Source: Eledone cirrhosa
Lineage: Eukaryota
NCBI GenBank assembly: GCA_964016885.1
Contig: OZ024740.1
Location: 34,224,001 to 34,288,000, forward strand
Direction: 5' to 3'
Length of the DNA: 64,000 bases
Every line of letters starts with the position of its first letter. Position 1 is the first letter of the stretch. The notes beneath the pieces were generated by a model, which made no database searches, had not been told where the DNA came from, and was given only the letters and a program-made list of their open reading frames with translations. Positions 40,375 through 53,900 of this stretch are shown here, in pieces. Made by a program: the position numbers and the translations under genes.

Positions 40375-41440
40375 CATTTTTGTCAAGTGTAGCCCCCAAA
40401 TCCTAGAACCTCAAGAAACTTCATTTTTGTCAAGTATAGCCCCCGACTCCTAGAACCTCAAGAATCTTCATTTCTGTCAAGTGTAGCCCACCGACTCCTA
40501 GAACCTCAAGAAACTTCATTTTTATCAAGTGTAGCCACCAACTCCTAGAACCCCAAGAAAGTTCATTTTTGTATAGTGTAGCAACACCCCCCGACTCCTA
40601 GAACCTTAAGAAACTTCATTTTTGTCAAGTGTAGCCCCAATTCCTAGAACCTCAAGAAACTTCATTTTTGTCAAGTGTTGCACCCAACCCCTAGAACTTC
40701 AAAAAACTTCATTTTTGTCAAGTGTAGCCTCCTCGGCTCCTAGAACCTCAAGAAGCTTCATATTTGTCAAGTGTATCCCCCCCAACTTCTAGAACCTCAA
40801 GAAACATCATTTTTGTCAAGTGTAGCCCTCCAACTCCTATAACCTCAAGAAACTTCATTTTTTTCAAGTGTAGCCCCCAACTCCTAGAACCTCAAGAAAC
40901 TTCATTTTTGTCAAGTGTAGCCCCCAAATCCTAGAACCTCAAGAAACTTCATTTTTGTCAAGTATAGCCCCCGACTCCTAGAACCTCAAGAATCTTCATT
41001 TCTGTCAAGTGTAGCCCACCGACTCCTAGAACCTCAAGAAACTTCATTTTTATCAAGTGTAGCCACCAACTCCTAGAACCCCAAGAAAGTTCATTTTTGT
41101 ATAGTGTAGCAACACCCCCCGACTCCTAGAACCTTAAGAAACTTCATTTTTGTCAAGTGTAGCCCCAATTCCTAGAACCTCAAGAAACTTCATTTTTGTC
41201 AAGTGTTGCACCCAACCCCTAGAACTTCAAAAAACTTCATTTTTGTCAAGTGTAGCCTCCTCGGCTCCTAGAACCTCAAGAAGCTTCATATTTGTCAAGT
41301 GTATCCCCCCCAACTTCTAGAACCTCAAGAAACATCATTTTTGTCAAGTGTAGCCCTCCAACTCCTATAACCTCAAGAAACTTCATTTTTTTCAAGTGTA
41401 GCCCCCAACTCCTAGAACCTCAAGAAACTTCATTTTTGTC
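40375..41440 (+). repeat. 528-bp (11-mer) tandem duplication, 2 copies
   Basis: Private variants CAAGTATAGC (40431/40959) and GTGTATCCCC (40771/41299) are both offset by 528. Confidence 0.93.
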
Positions 41441-44400
41441 AAGTGTAGACCCCCATCTCCTAGAACCTCAAGAAACTTCATTTTTGTCAAGTGTAGCCCG
41501 CACCCCTACAACCTCAAGAAACTTCATTTCTGTCAAGTGTACCTCCCAAATCCTAGAACCTCAAGAAACTTCATTTTTGTCAAGTGTAGCCCCCGACTCC
41601 TAGAACCTCAAGAATCTTCATTTTTGTCAAGTGTAGCCCTCCAACTCCTATAACCTCAAGAAACTTCATTTTTCTCAAGTGTAGCCCCCAACTCCTAGAA
41701 CCTCAAGAAACTTCACTTTTGTCAAGTGTAGCCCCCCAACTCCTAGAACCTCAAGAAACTTCATTTTGGCAAGTGTAGCCCCAACTCCTAGAACCTCAAG
41801 AAACTTCATTTTTGTCAAGTGTAGCCCCAATTCCTAGAACCTCAAGAAACTTCATTTTTGTCAAGTGTAGCCCCAATTCCTAGAACCTCAAGAAACTTCA
41901 TTTTTGTCAAGTGTAGCCCCATCTCCTAGAACCTCAAGAAACTTCATTTTTGTCAAGTGTAGCCCCAATTCCTAGAACCTCAAGAAACTTCATTTTTGTC
42001 AAGTGTAGCCCCAACTCCTATAACCTCAAGAAACTTCATTTTTGTCAAGTGTAGCCCCAACTCCTATAACCTCAAGAAACTTCATTTTTGTCAAGTGTAG
42101 CCCCAACTCCTAGAACCTCAAGAAACTTCATTTTTGTCAAGTGTAGCCCTCCAACTCCTATAACTTCAAGAAACTTCATTTTTCTCAAGTGTAGCCCCCA
42201 ACTCCTAGAACCTCAAGAAACTTCACTTTTGTCAAGTGTAGCCCTCCAACTCCTAGAACATCAAGAAACTTCATTTTTGTCAAGTGTAGCCCCCAACTCC
42301 TACAACCTCAAGAAACTTTATTTTTGTCAAGTGTAGCCCCCATCTCCTAGAACCTCAAGAAACTTTATTTTTGTCAAGTGTAGCCCCCCAACTCCTAGAA
42401 CCTCAAGAAACTTCATTTTTGTCAAGTGTAGACCCCCATCTCCTAGAACCTCAAGAAACTTCATTTTTGTCAAGTGTAGCCCCCCACCCCTACAACCTCA
42501 AGAAACTTCATTTTTGTCAAGTGTAGCCTCCTCGGCTCCTAGAACCTCAAGAAGCTTCATTTTTGTCAAGTGTAGCCCCCCCAACTTCTAGAACCTCAAG
42601 AAACATCATTTTTGTCAAGTGTAGCCCTCCAACTCCTATAACCTCAAGAAACTTCATTTTTTTCAAGTGTAGCCCCCAACTCCTAGAACCTCAAGAAACT
42701 TCATTTTTGTCATGTGTAGACCCCCATCTCCTAGAACCTCAAGAAACTTCATTTTTGTCAAGTGTAGCCCGCACCCCTACAACCTCAAGAAACTTCATTT
42801 CTGTCAAGTGTAGCTCCCAAATCCTAGAACCTCAAGAAACTTCATTTTTGTCAAGTGTAGCCCCCAAATCGTAGAACCTCAAGAAACATCATTTTTGTCA
42901 AGTGTAGCCCCCGACTCCTAGAACCTCAAGAATCTTCATTTTTGTCAAGTGTAGCCCACCGACTCCTAGAACCTCAAGAAACTTCATTTTTGTCAAGTGT
43001 AGCCACCAACCCCTAGAACCTCAAGAAACTTCACTTTTGTCAAGTGTAGCCCCCCAACTCCTAGAACCTCAAGAAACTTCACCTTTGTCAAGTGTAGCTC
43101 CCAACTCCTAGAACCTAAAGAAACTTCATTTTTGTCAAGTGTAGCTCCCCGACTCCTAGAACCTCAAGAAACTTCACTTTTGTCAAGTGTAGCCCCCCAA
43201 CTCCTAGAACCTCAAGAAACTTCATTTTTGTCAAGTGTAGCCCTCCAACTCCTATAACCTCAAGAAACTTCATTTTTGTCAAGTGTAGCCCCCGACTCCT
43301 AGAACCTCAAGAAACTTCATTTTTGTCAAGTGTAGCCCCAACTCCTAGAACCTCAAGAAACTTCATTTTTGTCAAGTGTAGCCCCAATTCCTAGAACCTC
43401 AAGAAACTTCATTTTTGACAAGTGTAGCCCCCATCTCCTAGAACCTCAAGAAACTTTATTTTTGTCAAGTGTAGCACCCCAACTCCTAGAACCTCAAGAA
43501 ACTTCATTTTTGTCAAGTGTAGCCCCAACTCCTAGAACCTCAAGAAACTTCATTTTTGTCAAGTGTAGCCCTCCAACTCCTATAACTTCAAGAAACTTCA
43601 TTTTTCTCAAGTGTAGCCTCCAACTCCTAGAACCTCAAGAAACTTCACTTTTGTCAAGTGTAGCCCTCCAACTCCTAGAACATCAAGAAACTTCATTTTT
43701 GTCAAGTGTAGCCCCCAACTCCTACAACCTCAAGAAACTTTATTTTTGTCAAGTGTAGCCCCCATCTCCTAGAACCTCAAGAAACTTTATTTTTGTCAAG
43801 GGTAGCCCCCCAACTCCTAGAACCTCAAGAAACTTCATTTTTGTCAAGTGTAGACCCCCATCTCCTAGAACCTCAAGAAACTTCATTTTTGTCAAGTGTA
43901 GCCCCCCACCCCTACAACCTCAAGAAACTTCATTTCTGTCAAGTGTAGCTCCCAAATCCTAGAACCTCAAGAAACTTCATTTTTGTCAAGTGTAGCCCCC
44001 AAATCCTAGAACCTCAAGAAACTTCATTTTTGTCAAGTATAGCCCCCGACTCCTAGAACCTCAAGAATCTTCATTTTTGTCAAGTGTAGCCCACCGACTC
44101 CTAGAACCTCAAGAAACTTCATTTTTGTCAAGTGTAGCCACCAACTCCTATAACCTCAAGAAACTTCATTTTTCTCAAGTGTAGCCCCCAACTCCTAGAA
44201 CCTCAAGAAACTTCACTTTTGTCAAGTGCAGCCCCCCAACTCCTAGAACCTCAAGAAACTTCACTTTTGTCAAGTGTAGCCCCCCAACTCCTAGAACCTC
44301 AAGAAACTTCATTTTTGGCAAGTGTAGCACCAACTCCTAGAACCTCAAGAAACTTCATTTTTGTCAAGTGTAGCACCCAACCCCTAGAACTTCAAAAAAC

Positions 44401-47229
44401 TTCATTTTTGTCAAGTGTAGCCTCCTCGGCTCCTAGAACCTCAAGAAGCTTCATTTTTGTCAAGTGTAGCCCCCCCAACTCCTAGAACCTCATTTTTGTA
44501 TAGTGTAGCAACACCCCCCGACTCCTAGAACCTTAAGAAACTTCATTTTTGTCAAGTGTAGCCCCAATTCCTAGAACCTCAAGAAACTTCATTTTTGTCA
44601 AGTGTAGCACCCAACCCCTAGAACTTCAAAAAACTTCATTTTTGTCAAGTGTAGCCTCCTCGGCTCCTAGAACCTCAAGAAACATCATTTTTGTCAAGTG
44701 TAGCCCTCCAACTCCTATAACCTCAAGAAACTTCATTTTTCTCAAGTGTAGCCCCCAACTCCTAGAACCTGAAGAAACTTCACTTTTGTCAAGTGTAGCC
44801 CCCCAACTCCTAGAACCTCAAGAAACTTCACTTTTGTCAAGTGTAGCCCCCCAACTCCTAGAACCTCAAGAAACTTCATTTTTGGCAAGTGTAGCCCCAA
44901 CTCCTAGAACCTCAAGAAACTTCATTTTTGTCAAGTGTAGCCCCCCAACTCCTAGAACCTCAAGAAACTTCATTTTTGTCAAGTGTAGACCCCCATCTCC
45001 TAGAACCTCAAGAAACTTCATTTTTGTCAAGTGTAGCCCGCACCCCTACAACCTCAAGAAACTTCATTTCTGTCAAGTGTACCTCCCAAATCCTAGAACC
45101 TCAAGAAACTTCATTTTTGTCAAGTGTAGCCCCCGACTCCTAGAACCTCAAGAAACTTCATTTTTGTCAAGTGTAGCCACCAACTCCTAGAACCCCAAGA
45201 AAGTTCATTTTTGTATAGTGTAGCAACACCCCCCGACTCCTAGAACCTCAAGAAACTTCATTTTTGTCAAGTGTAGCACCCAACCCCTAGAACCTCAAAA
45301 AACTTCATTTTTGTCAAGTGTAGCCTCCTCGGCTCCTAGAACCTCAAGAAGCTTCATTTTTGTCAAGTGTAGCCCCCCAACTCCTAGAACCTCAAGAAAC
45401 ATCATTTTTGTCAAGTGTAGCCCTCCAACTCCTATAACCTCAAGAAACTTCATTTTTCTCAAGTGTAGCCCCCAACTCCTAGAACCTCAAGAAACTTCAC
45501 TTTTGTCAAGTGTAGCCCCCCAACCCCTAGAACCTCAAGAAACTTCACCTTTGTCAAGTGTAGCTCCCAACTCCTAGAACCTAAAGAAACTTCATTTTTG
45601 TCAAGTGTAGCTCCCCGAATCCTAGAACCTCAAGAAACTTCATTTTTGGCAAGTGTAGCCCCCAACTCCTAGAACCTCAAGAAACTTCACTTTTGTCAAT
45701 TGTAGCCCCCCAACTCCTAGAACCTCAAGAAACTTCATTTTGGCAAGTGTAGCCCCAACTCCTAGAACCTCAAGAAACTTCATTTTTGTCAAGTGTAGCC
45801 CCATCTCCTAGAACCTCAAGAAACTTCATTTTTGTCAAGTGTAGCCCTCCAACTCCTATAACTTCAAGAAACTTCATTTTTCTCAAGTGTAGCCCCCAAC
45901 TCCTAGAACCTCAAGAAACTTCACTTTTGTCAAGTGTAGCCCTCCAACTCCTAGAACATCAAGAAACTTCATTTTTGTCAAGTGTAGCCCCCAACTCCTA
46001 CAACCTCAAGAAACTTTATTTTTGTCAAGTGTAGCTCCCCAACTCCTAGAACCTCAAGAAACTTTATTTTTGTCAAGTGTAGCCCCCCATCTCCTAGAAC
46101 CTCAAGAAACTTTATTTTTGTCAAGTGTAGCCCCCCAACTCCTAGAACCTCAAGAAACTTCATTTTTGTCAAGTGTAGACCCCCATCTCCTAGAACCTCA
46201 AGAAACTTCATTTTTGTCAAGTGTAGCCCCCCACCCCTACAACCTCAAGAAACTTCATTTCTGTCAAGTGTAGCTCCCAAATCCTAGAACCTCAAGAAAC
46301 TTCATTTTTGTCAAGTGTAGCCCCCAAATCCTAGAACCTCAAGAAACTTCATTTTTGTCAAGTATAGCCCCCGACTCCTAGAACCTCAAGAATCTTCATT
46401 TCTGTCAAGTGTAGCCCACCGACTCCTAGAACCTCAAGAAACTTCATTTTTATCAAGTGTAGCCACCAACTCCTAGAACCCCAAGAAAGTTCATTTTTGT
46501 ATAGTGTAGCAACACCCCCCGACTCCTAGAACCTTAAGAAACTTCATTTTTGTCAAGTGTAGCCCCAATTCCTAGAACCTCAAGAAACTTCATTTTTGTC
46601 AAGTGTTGCACCCAACCCCTAGAACTTCAAAAAACTTCATTTTTGTCAAGTGTAGCCTCCTCGGCTCCTAGAACCTCAAGAAGCTTCATTTTTGTCAAGT
46701 GTAGCCCCCCCAACTTCTAGAACCTCAAGAAACATCATTTTTGTCAAGTGTAGCCCTCCAACTCCTATAACCTCAAGAAACTTCATTTTTTTCAAGTGTA
46801 GCCCCCAACTCCTAGAACCTCAAGAAACTTCACTTTTGTCAAGTGTAGCCCCCCAACTCCTAGAACCTCAAGAAACTTCACCTTTGTCAAGTGTAGCTCC
46901 CAACTCCTAGAACCTAAAGAAACTTTATTTTTGTCAAGTGTAGCCCCCCAACTCCTAGAACCTCAAGAAACTTCATTTTTGTCAAGTGTAGACCCCCATC
47001 TCCTAGAACCTCAAGAAACTTCATTTTTGTCAAGTGTAGCCCGCACCCCTACAACCTCAAGAAACTTCATTTCTGTCAAGTGTAGCTCCCAAATCCTAGA
47101 ACCTCAAGAAACTTCATTTTTGTCAAGTGTAGCCCCAATTCCTAGAACCTCAAGAAACTTCATTTTTCTCAAGTGTAGCACCCAACCCCTAGAACCTCAA
47201 AAAACTTCATTTTTGGCAAGTGTAGCCCT

Positions 47230-47940
47230 CCAACTCCTAGAACCTCAAGAAACTTCATTTTTCTCAAGTGTAGCACCCAACCCCTAGAACCTCAAAAAAC
47301 TTCATTTTTGGCAAGTGTAGCCCCCCAACTCCTAGAACCTCAAGAAACTTCACCTTTGTCAAGTGTAGCTCCCAACTCCTAGAACCTAAAGAAACTTCAT
47401 TTTTGTCAAGTGTAGACTCATCTCCTAGAACCTCAAGAAACTTGATTTTTGTCAAGTGTAGCCCTCCAACTCCTAGAACCTCAAGAAACTTCATTTTTCT
47501 CAAGTGTAGCACCCAACCCCTAGAACCTCAAAAAACTTCATTTTTGGCAAGTGTAGCCCCCCAACTCCTAGAACCTCAAGAAACTTCACCTTTGTCAAGT
47601 GTAGCTCCCAACTCCTAGAACCTAAAGAAACTTCATTTTTGTCAAGTGTAGACTCATCTCCTAGAACCTCAAGAAACTTGATTTTTGTCAAGTGTAGCCC
47701 TCCAACTCCTAGAACCTCAAGAAACTTCATTTTTCTCAAGTGTAGCACCCAACCCCTAGAACCTCAAAAAACTTCATTTTTGGCAAGTGTAGCCCCCCAA
47801 CTCCTAGAACCTCAAGAAACTTCACCTTTGTCAAGTGTAGCTCCCAACTCCTAGAACCTAAAGAAACTTCATTTTTGTCAAGTGTAGACTCATCTCCTAG
47901 AACCTCAAGAAACTTGATTTTTGTCAAGTGTAGCCCCCCA
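47230..47940 (+). repeat. 236-bp pentameric higher-order repeat, 3 copies
   Basis: ORFs at 47403/47639/47875 and 47264/47500/47736 (236-bp spacing). The GTAGACTCATCT..CTTGATTT variant is private to this region. Confidence 0.93.
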
Positions 47941-48149
47941 ACTCCTAGAACCTCAAGAAACTTCATTTTTGTCAAGTGTAGACCCCCATCTCCTAGAACC
48001 TCAAGAAACTTCATTTTTGTCAAGTGTAGCACCCCAACTCCTAGAACCTCAAGAAACTTCATTTTTGTCAAGTGTAGACTCATCTCCTAGAACCTCAAGA
48101 AACTTCATTTTTGTCAAGTGTAGACCCCCATCTCCTATAACCTCAAGAA

Positions 48150-48860
48150 ACTTGATTTTTGTCAAGTGTAGCCCTCCAACTCCTATAACCTCAAGAAACT
48201 TCATTTTTGTCAAGTGTAGACTCATCTCCTAGAACCTCAAGAAACTTGATTTTTGTCAAGTGTAGCCCTCCAACTCCTATAACCTCAAGAAACTTGCTTT
48301 TTGTCAAGTGTAGCCCCAACTCCTAGAACCTCAAGAAACTTCATTTTTTACAAGTGTAGCCCCCATCTCCTAGAACCTCAAGAAACTTTATTTTTGTCAA
48401 GTGTAGCACCCCAACTCCTAGAACCTCAAGAAACTTCATTTTTGTCAAGTGTAGCCCCCCAACTCCTAGAACCTCAAGAAACTTCATTTTTGTCAAGTGT
48501 AGACTCATCTCCTAGAACCTCAAGAAACTTGATTTTTGTCAAGTGTAGCCCTCCAACTCCTATAACCTCAAGAAACTTCATTTTTGTCAAGTGTAGACTC
48601 ATCTCCTAGAACCTCAAGAAACTTGATTTTTGTCAAGTGTAGCCCTCCAACTCCTATAACCTCAAGAAACTTGCTTTTTGTCAAGTGTAGCCCCAACTCC
48701 TAGAACCTCAAGAAACTTCATTTTTTACAAGTGTAGCCCCCATCTCCTAGAACCTCAAGAAACTTTATTTTTGTCAAGTGTAGCACCCCAACTCCTAGAA
48801 CCTCAAGAAACTTCATTTTTGTCAAGTGTAGCCCCCCAACTCCTAGAACCTCAAGAAACA
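48150..48860 (+). repeat. 377-bp (8-mer) tandem duplication
   Basis: ORFs at 48301/48678. The private variants AACTTGCTTT and TTTTTTACAAG are each seen twice, 377 bp apart. Confidence 0.9.
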
Positions 48861-50949
48861 TCATTTTTGTCAAGTGTAGCCCTCCAACTCCTATAACTTC
48901 AAGAAACTTCATTTTTCTCAAGTGTAGCCTCCAACTCCTAGAACCTCAAGAAACTTCACTTTTGTCAAGTGTAGCCCTCCAACTCCTAGAACATCAAGAA
49001 ACTTCATTTTTGTCAAGTGTAGCCCCCAACTCCTACAACCTCAAGAAACTTTATTTTTGTCAAGTGTAGCCCCCATCTCCTAGAACCTCAAGAAACTTTA
49101 TTTTTGTCAAGGGTAGCCCCCCCAACTCCTAGAACCTCAAGAAACTTCATTTTTGTCAAGTGTAGACCCCCATCTCCTAGAACCTCAAGAAACTTCATTT
49201 TTGTCAAGTGTAGCCCCCCACCCCTACAACCTCAAGAAACTTCATTTCTGTCAAGTGTAGCTCCCAAATCCTAGAACCTCAAGAAACTTCATTTTTGTCA
49301 AGTGTAGCCCCCAAATCCTAGAAACTCAAGAAAATTCATTTTTGTCAAGTATAGCCCCCGACTCCTAGAACCTCAAGAATCTTCATTTTTGTCAAGTGTA
49401 GCCCACCGACTCCTAGAACCTCAAGAAACTTCATTTTTGTCAAGTGTAGCCACCAACTCCTATAACCTCAAGAAACTTCATTTTTCTCAAGTGTAGCCCC
49501 CAACTCCTAGAACCTCAAGAAACTTCACTTTTGTCAAGTGTAGCCCCCCAACTCCTAGAACCTCAAGAAACTTCATTTTTGGCAAGTGTAGCACCAACTC
49601 CTAGAACCTCAAGAAACTTCATTTTTGTCAAGTGTAGCACCCAACCCCTAGAACTTCAAAAAACTTCATTTTTGTCAAGTGTAGCCTCCTCGGCTCCTAG
49701 AACCTCAAGAAGCTTCATTTTTGTCAAGTGTAGCCCCCCCAACTCCTAGAACCTCATTTTTGTATAGTGTAGCAACACCCCCCGACTCCTAGAACCTTAA
49801 GAAACTTCATTTTTGTCAAGTGTAGCCCCAATTCCTAGAACCTCAAGAAACTTCATTTTTGTCAAGTGTAGCACCCAACCCCTAGAACTTCAAAAAACTT
49901 CATTTTTGTCAAGTGTAGCCTCCTCGGCTCCTAGAACCTCAAGAAGCTTCATTTTTGTCAAGTGTAGCCCCCCCAACTCCTAGAACCTCAAGAAACTTCA
50001 TTTTTCTCAAGTGTAGCCCCCAACTCCTAGAACCTCAAGAAACTTCACTTTTGTCAAGTGTAGCCCCCCAACTCCTAGAACCTCAAGAAACTTCACTTTT
50101 GTCAAGTGTAGCCCCCCAACTCCTAGAACCTCAAGAAATTTCATTTTTGGCAAGTGTAGCCCCAACTCCTAGAACCTCAAGAAACTTCATTTTTGTCAAG
50201 TGTAGCCCCCCAACTCCTAGAACCTCAAGAAACTTCATTTTTGTCAAGTGTAGACCCCCATCTCCTAGAACCTCAAGAAACTTCATTTTTGTCAAGTGTA
50301 GCCCGCACCCCTACAACCTCAAGAAACTTCATTTCTGTCAAGTGTACCTCCCAAATCCTAGAACCTCAAGAAACTTCATTTTTGTCAAGTGTAGCCCCCG
50401 ACTCCTAGAACCTCAAGAATCTTCATTTTTGTCAAGTGTAGCCCACCGACTCCTAGAACCTCAAGAAACTTCATTTTTGTCAAGTGTAGCCACCAACTCC
50501 TAGAACCCCAAGAAAGTTCATTTTTGTATAGTGTAGCAACACCCCCCGACTCCTAGAACCTCAAGAAACTTCATTTTTGTCAAGTGTAGCCCCAATTCCT
50601 AGAACCTCAAGAAACTTCATTTTTGTCAAGTGTAGCACCCAACCCCTAGAACCTCAAAAAACTTCATTTTTGTCAAGTGTAGCCTCCTCGGCTCCTAGAA
50701 CCTCAAGAAGCTTCATTTTTGTCAAGTGTAGCCCCCCAACTCCTAGAACCTCAAGAAACATCATTTTTGTCAAGTGTAGCCCTCCAACTCCTATAACCTC
50801 AAGAAACTTCATTTTTCTCAAGTGTAGCCCCCAACTCCTAGAACCTCAAGAAACTTCACTTTTGTCAAGTGTAGCCCCCCAACCCCTAGAACCTCAAGAA
50901 ACTTCACCTTTGTCAAGTGTAGCTCCCAACTCCTAGAACCTAAAGAAAC

Positions 50950-53900
50950 TTCATTTTTGGCAAGTGTAGCCCCCAACTCCTAGAACCTCAAGAAACTTCA
51001 CTTTTGTCAATTGTAGCCCCCCAACTCCTAGAACCTCAAGAAACTTCATTTTTGTCAAGTGTAGCCCCATCTCCTAGAACCTCAAGAAACTTCATTTTTG
51101 TCAAGTGTAGCCCTCCAACTCCTAGGACCTCAAGAAACTTCATTTTTGGCAAGTGTAGCCCCAACTCCTAGAACCTCAAGAAACTTCATTTTTGTCAAGT
51201 GTAGCCCTCCAACTCCTATAACTTCAAGAAACTTCATTTTTCTCAAGTGTAGCCCCCAACTCCTAGAACCTCAAGAAACTTCACTTTTGTCAAGTGTAGC
51301 CCTCCAACTCCTAGAACATCAAGAAACTTCATTTTTGTCAAGTGTAGCCCCCAACTCCTACAACCTCAAGAAACTTTATTTTTGTCAAGTGTAGCCCCCA
51401 TCTCCTAGAACCTCAAGAAACTTTATTTTTGTCAAGTGTAGCCCCCCAACTCCTAGAACCTCAAGAAACTTCATTTTTGTCAAGTGTAGACCCCATCTCC
51501 TAGAACCTCAAGAAACTTCATTTTTGTCAAGTGTAGCCCCCCACCCCTACAACCTCAAGAAACTTCATTTCTGTCAAGTGTAGCTCCCAAATCCTAGAAC
51601 CTCAAGAAACTTCATTTTTGTCAAGTGTAGCCCCCGACTCCTAGAACCTCAAGAATCTTCATTTCTGTCAAGTGTAGCCCACCGACTCCTAGAACCTCAA
51701 GAAACTTCATTTTTATCAAGTGTAGCCACCAACTCTTAGAACCCCAAGAAAGTTCATTTTTGTATAGTGTAGCAACCCCCCCCCGACTCCTAGAACCTTA
51801 AGAAACTTCATTTTTGTCAAGTGTAGCCCCAATTCCTAGAACCTCAAGAAACTTCATTTTTGTCAAGTGTTGCACCCAACCCCTAGAACTTCAAAAAACT
51901 TCATTTTTGTCAAGTGTAGCCTCCTCGGCTCCTAGAACCTCAAGAAGCTTCATTTTTGTCAAGTGTAGCCCCCCCAACTTCTAGAACTTCAAGAAACATC
52001 ATTTTTGTCAAGTGTAGCCCTCCAACTCCTATAACCTCAAGAAACTTCATTTTTTTCAAGTGTAGCCCCCAACTCCTAGAACCTCAAGAAACTTCACTTT
52101 TGTCAAGTGTAGCCCCCCAACTCCTAGAACCTCAAGAAACTTCACCTTTGTCAAGTGTAGCTCCCAACTCCTAGAACCTAAAGAAACTTCATTTTTGTCA
52201 AGTGTAGCTCCCCGACTCCTAGAACCTCAAGAAACTTCATTTTTGTCAAGTGTAGCCCCCCAACTCCTAGAACCTCAAGAAACTTCATTTTTGTCAAGTG
52301 TAGACCCCCATCTCCTAGAACCTCAAGAAACTTCATTTTTGTCAAGTGTAGCCCGCACCCCTACAACCTCAAGAAACTTCATTTCTGTCAAGTGTAGCTC
52401 CCAAATCCTAGAACCTCAAGAAACTTCATTTTTGTCAAGTGTAGCCCCCAAATCGTAGAACCTCAAGAAACTTCATTTTTGTCAAGTGTAGCCCCCGACT
52501 CCTAGAACCTCAAGAATCTTCATTTTTGTCAAGTGTAGCCCACCGACTCCTAGAACCTCAAGAAACTTCATTTTTGTCAAGTGTAGCCACCAACTCCTAG
52601 AACCCCAAGAAAGTTCATTTTTGTATAGTGTAGCAACACCCCCCGACTCCTAGAACCTCAAGAAACTTCATTTTTGTCAAGTGTAGCCCCAATTCCTAGA
52701 ACCTCAAGAAACTTCATTTTTGTCAAGTGTAGCACCCAACCCCTAGAACCTCAAAAAACTTCATTTTTGTCAAGTGTAGCCTCCTCGGCTCCTAGAACCT
52801 CAAGAAGCTTCATTTTTGTCAAGTGTAGCCCCCCAACTCCTAGAACCTCAAGAAACATCATTTTTGTCAAGTGTAGCCCTCCAACTCCTATAACCTCAAG
52901 AAACTTCATTTTTCTCAAGTGTAGCCCCCAACTCCTAGAACCTCAAGAAACTTCACTTTTGTCAAGTGTAGCCCCCCAACCCCTAGAACCTCAAGAAACT
53001 TCACCTTTGTCAAGTGTAGCTCCCAACTCCTAGAACCTAAAGAAACTTCATTTTTGGCAAGTGTAGCCCCCAACTCCTAGAACCTCAAGAAACTTCACTT
53101 TTGTCAATTGTAGCCCCCCAACTCCTAGAACCTCAAGAAACTTCATTTTGGCAAGTGTAGCCCCAACTCCTAGAACCTCAAGAAACTTCATTTTTGTCAA
53201 GTGTAGACCCCCATCTCCTAGAACCTCAAGAAACTTCATTTTTGTCAAGTGTAGCCCTCCAACTCCTAGGACCTCAAGAAACTTCATTTTTGGCAAGTGT
53301 AGCCCCCAACTCCTAGAACCTCAAGAAACTTCACTTTTGTCAATTGTAGCCCCCCAACTCCTAGAACCTCAAGAAACTTCATTTTGGCAAGTGTAGCCCC
53401 AACTCCTAGAACCTCAAGAAACTTCACTTTTGTCAAGTGTAGCCCTCCAACTCCTAGGACCTCAAGAAACTTCATTTTTGTCAAGTGTAGCCCCATCTCC
53501 TAGAACCTCAAGAAACTTCATTTTTGTCAAGTGTAGCCCTCCAACTCCTAGGACCTCAAGAAACTTCATTTTTGGCAAGTGTAGCCCCAACTCCTAGAAC
53601 CTCAAGAAACTTCATTTTTGTCAAGTGTAGCCCTCCAACTCCTATAACTTCAAGAAACTTCATTTTTCTCAAGTGTAGCCCCCAACTCCTAGAACCTCAA
53701 GAAACTTCACTTTTGTCAAGTGTAGCCCTCCAACTCCTAGAACATCAAGAAACTTCATTTTTGTCAAGTGTAGCCCCCAACTCCTACAACCTCAAGAAAC
53801 TTTATTTTTGTCAAGTGTAGCCCCCATCTCCTAGAACCTCAAGAAACTTTATTTTTGTCAAGTGTAGCCCCCCAACTCCTAGAACCTCAAGAAACTTCAT

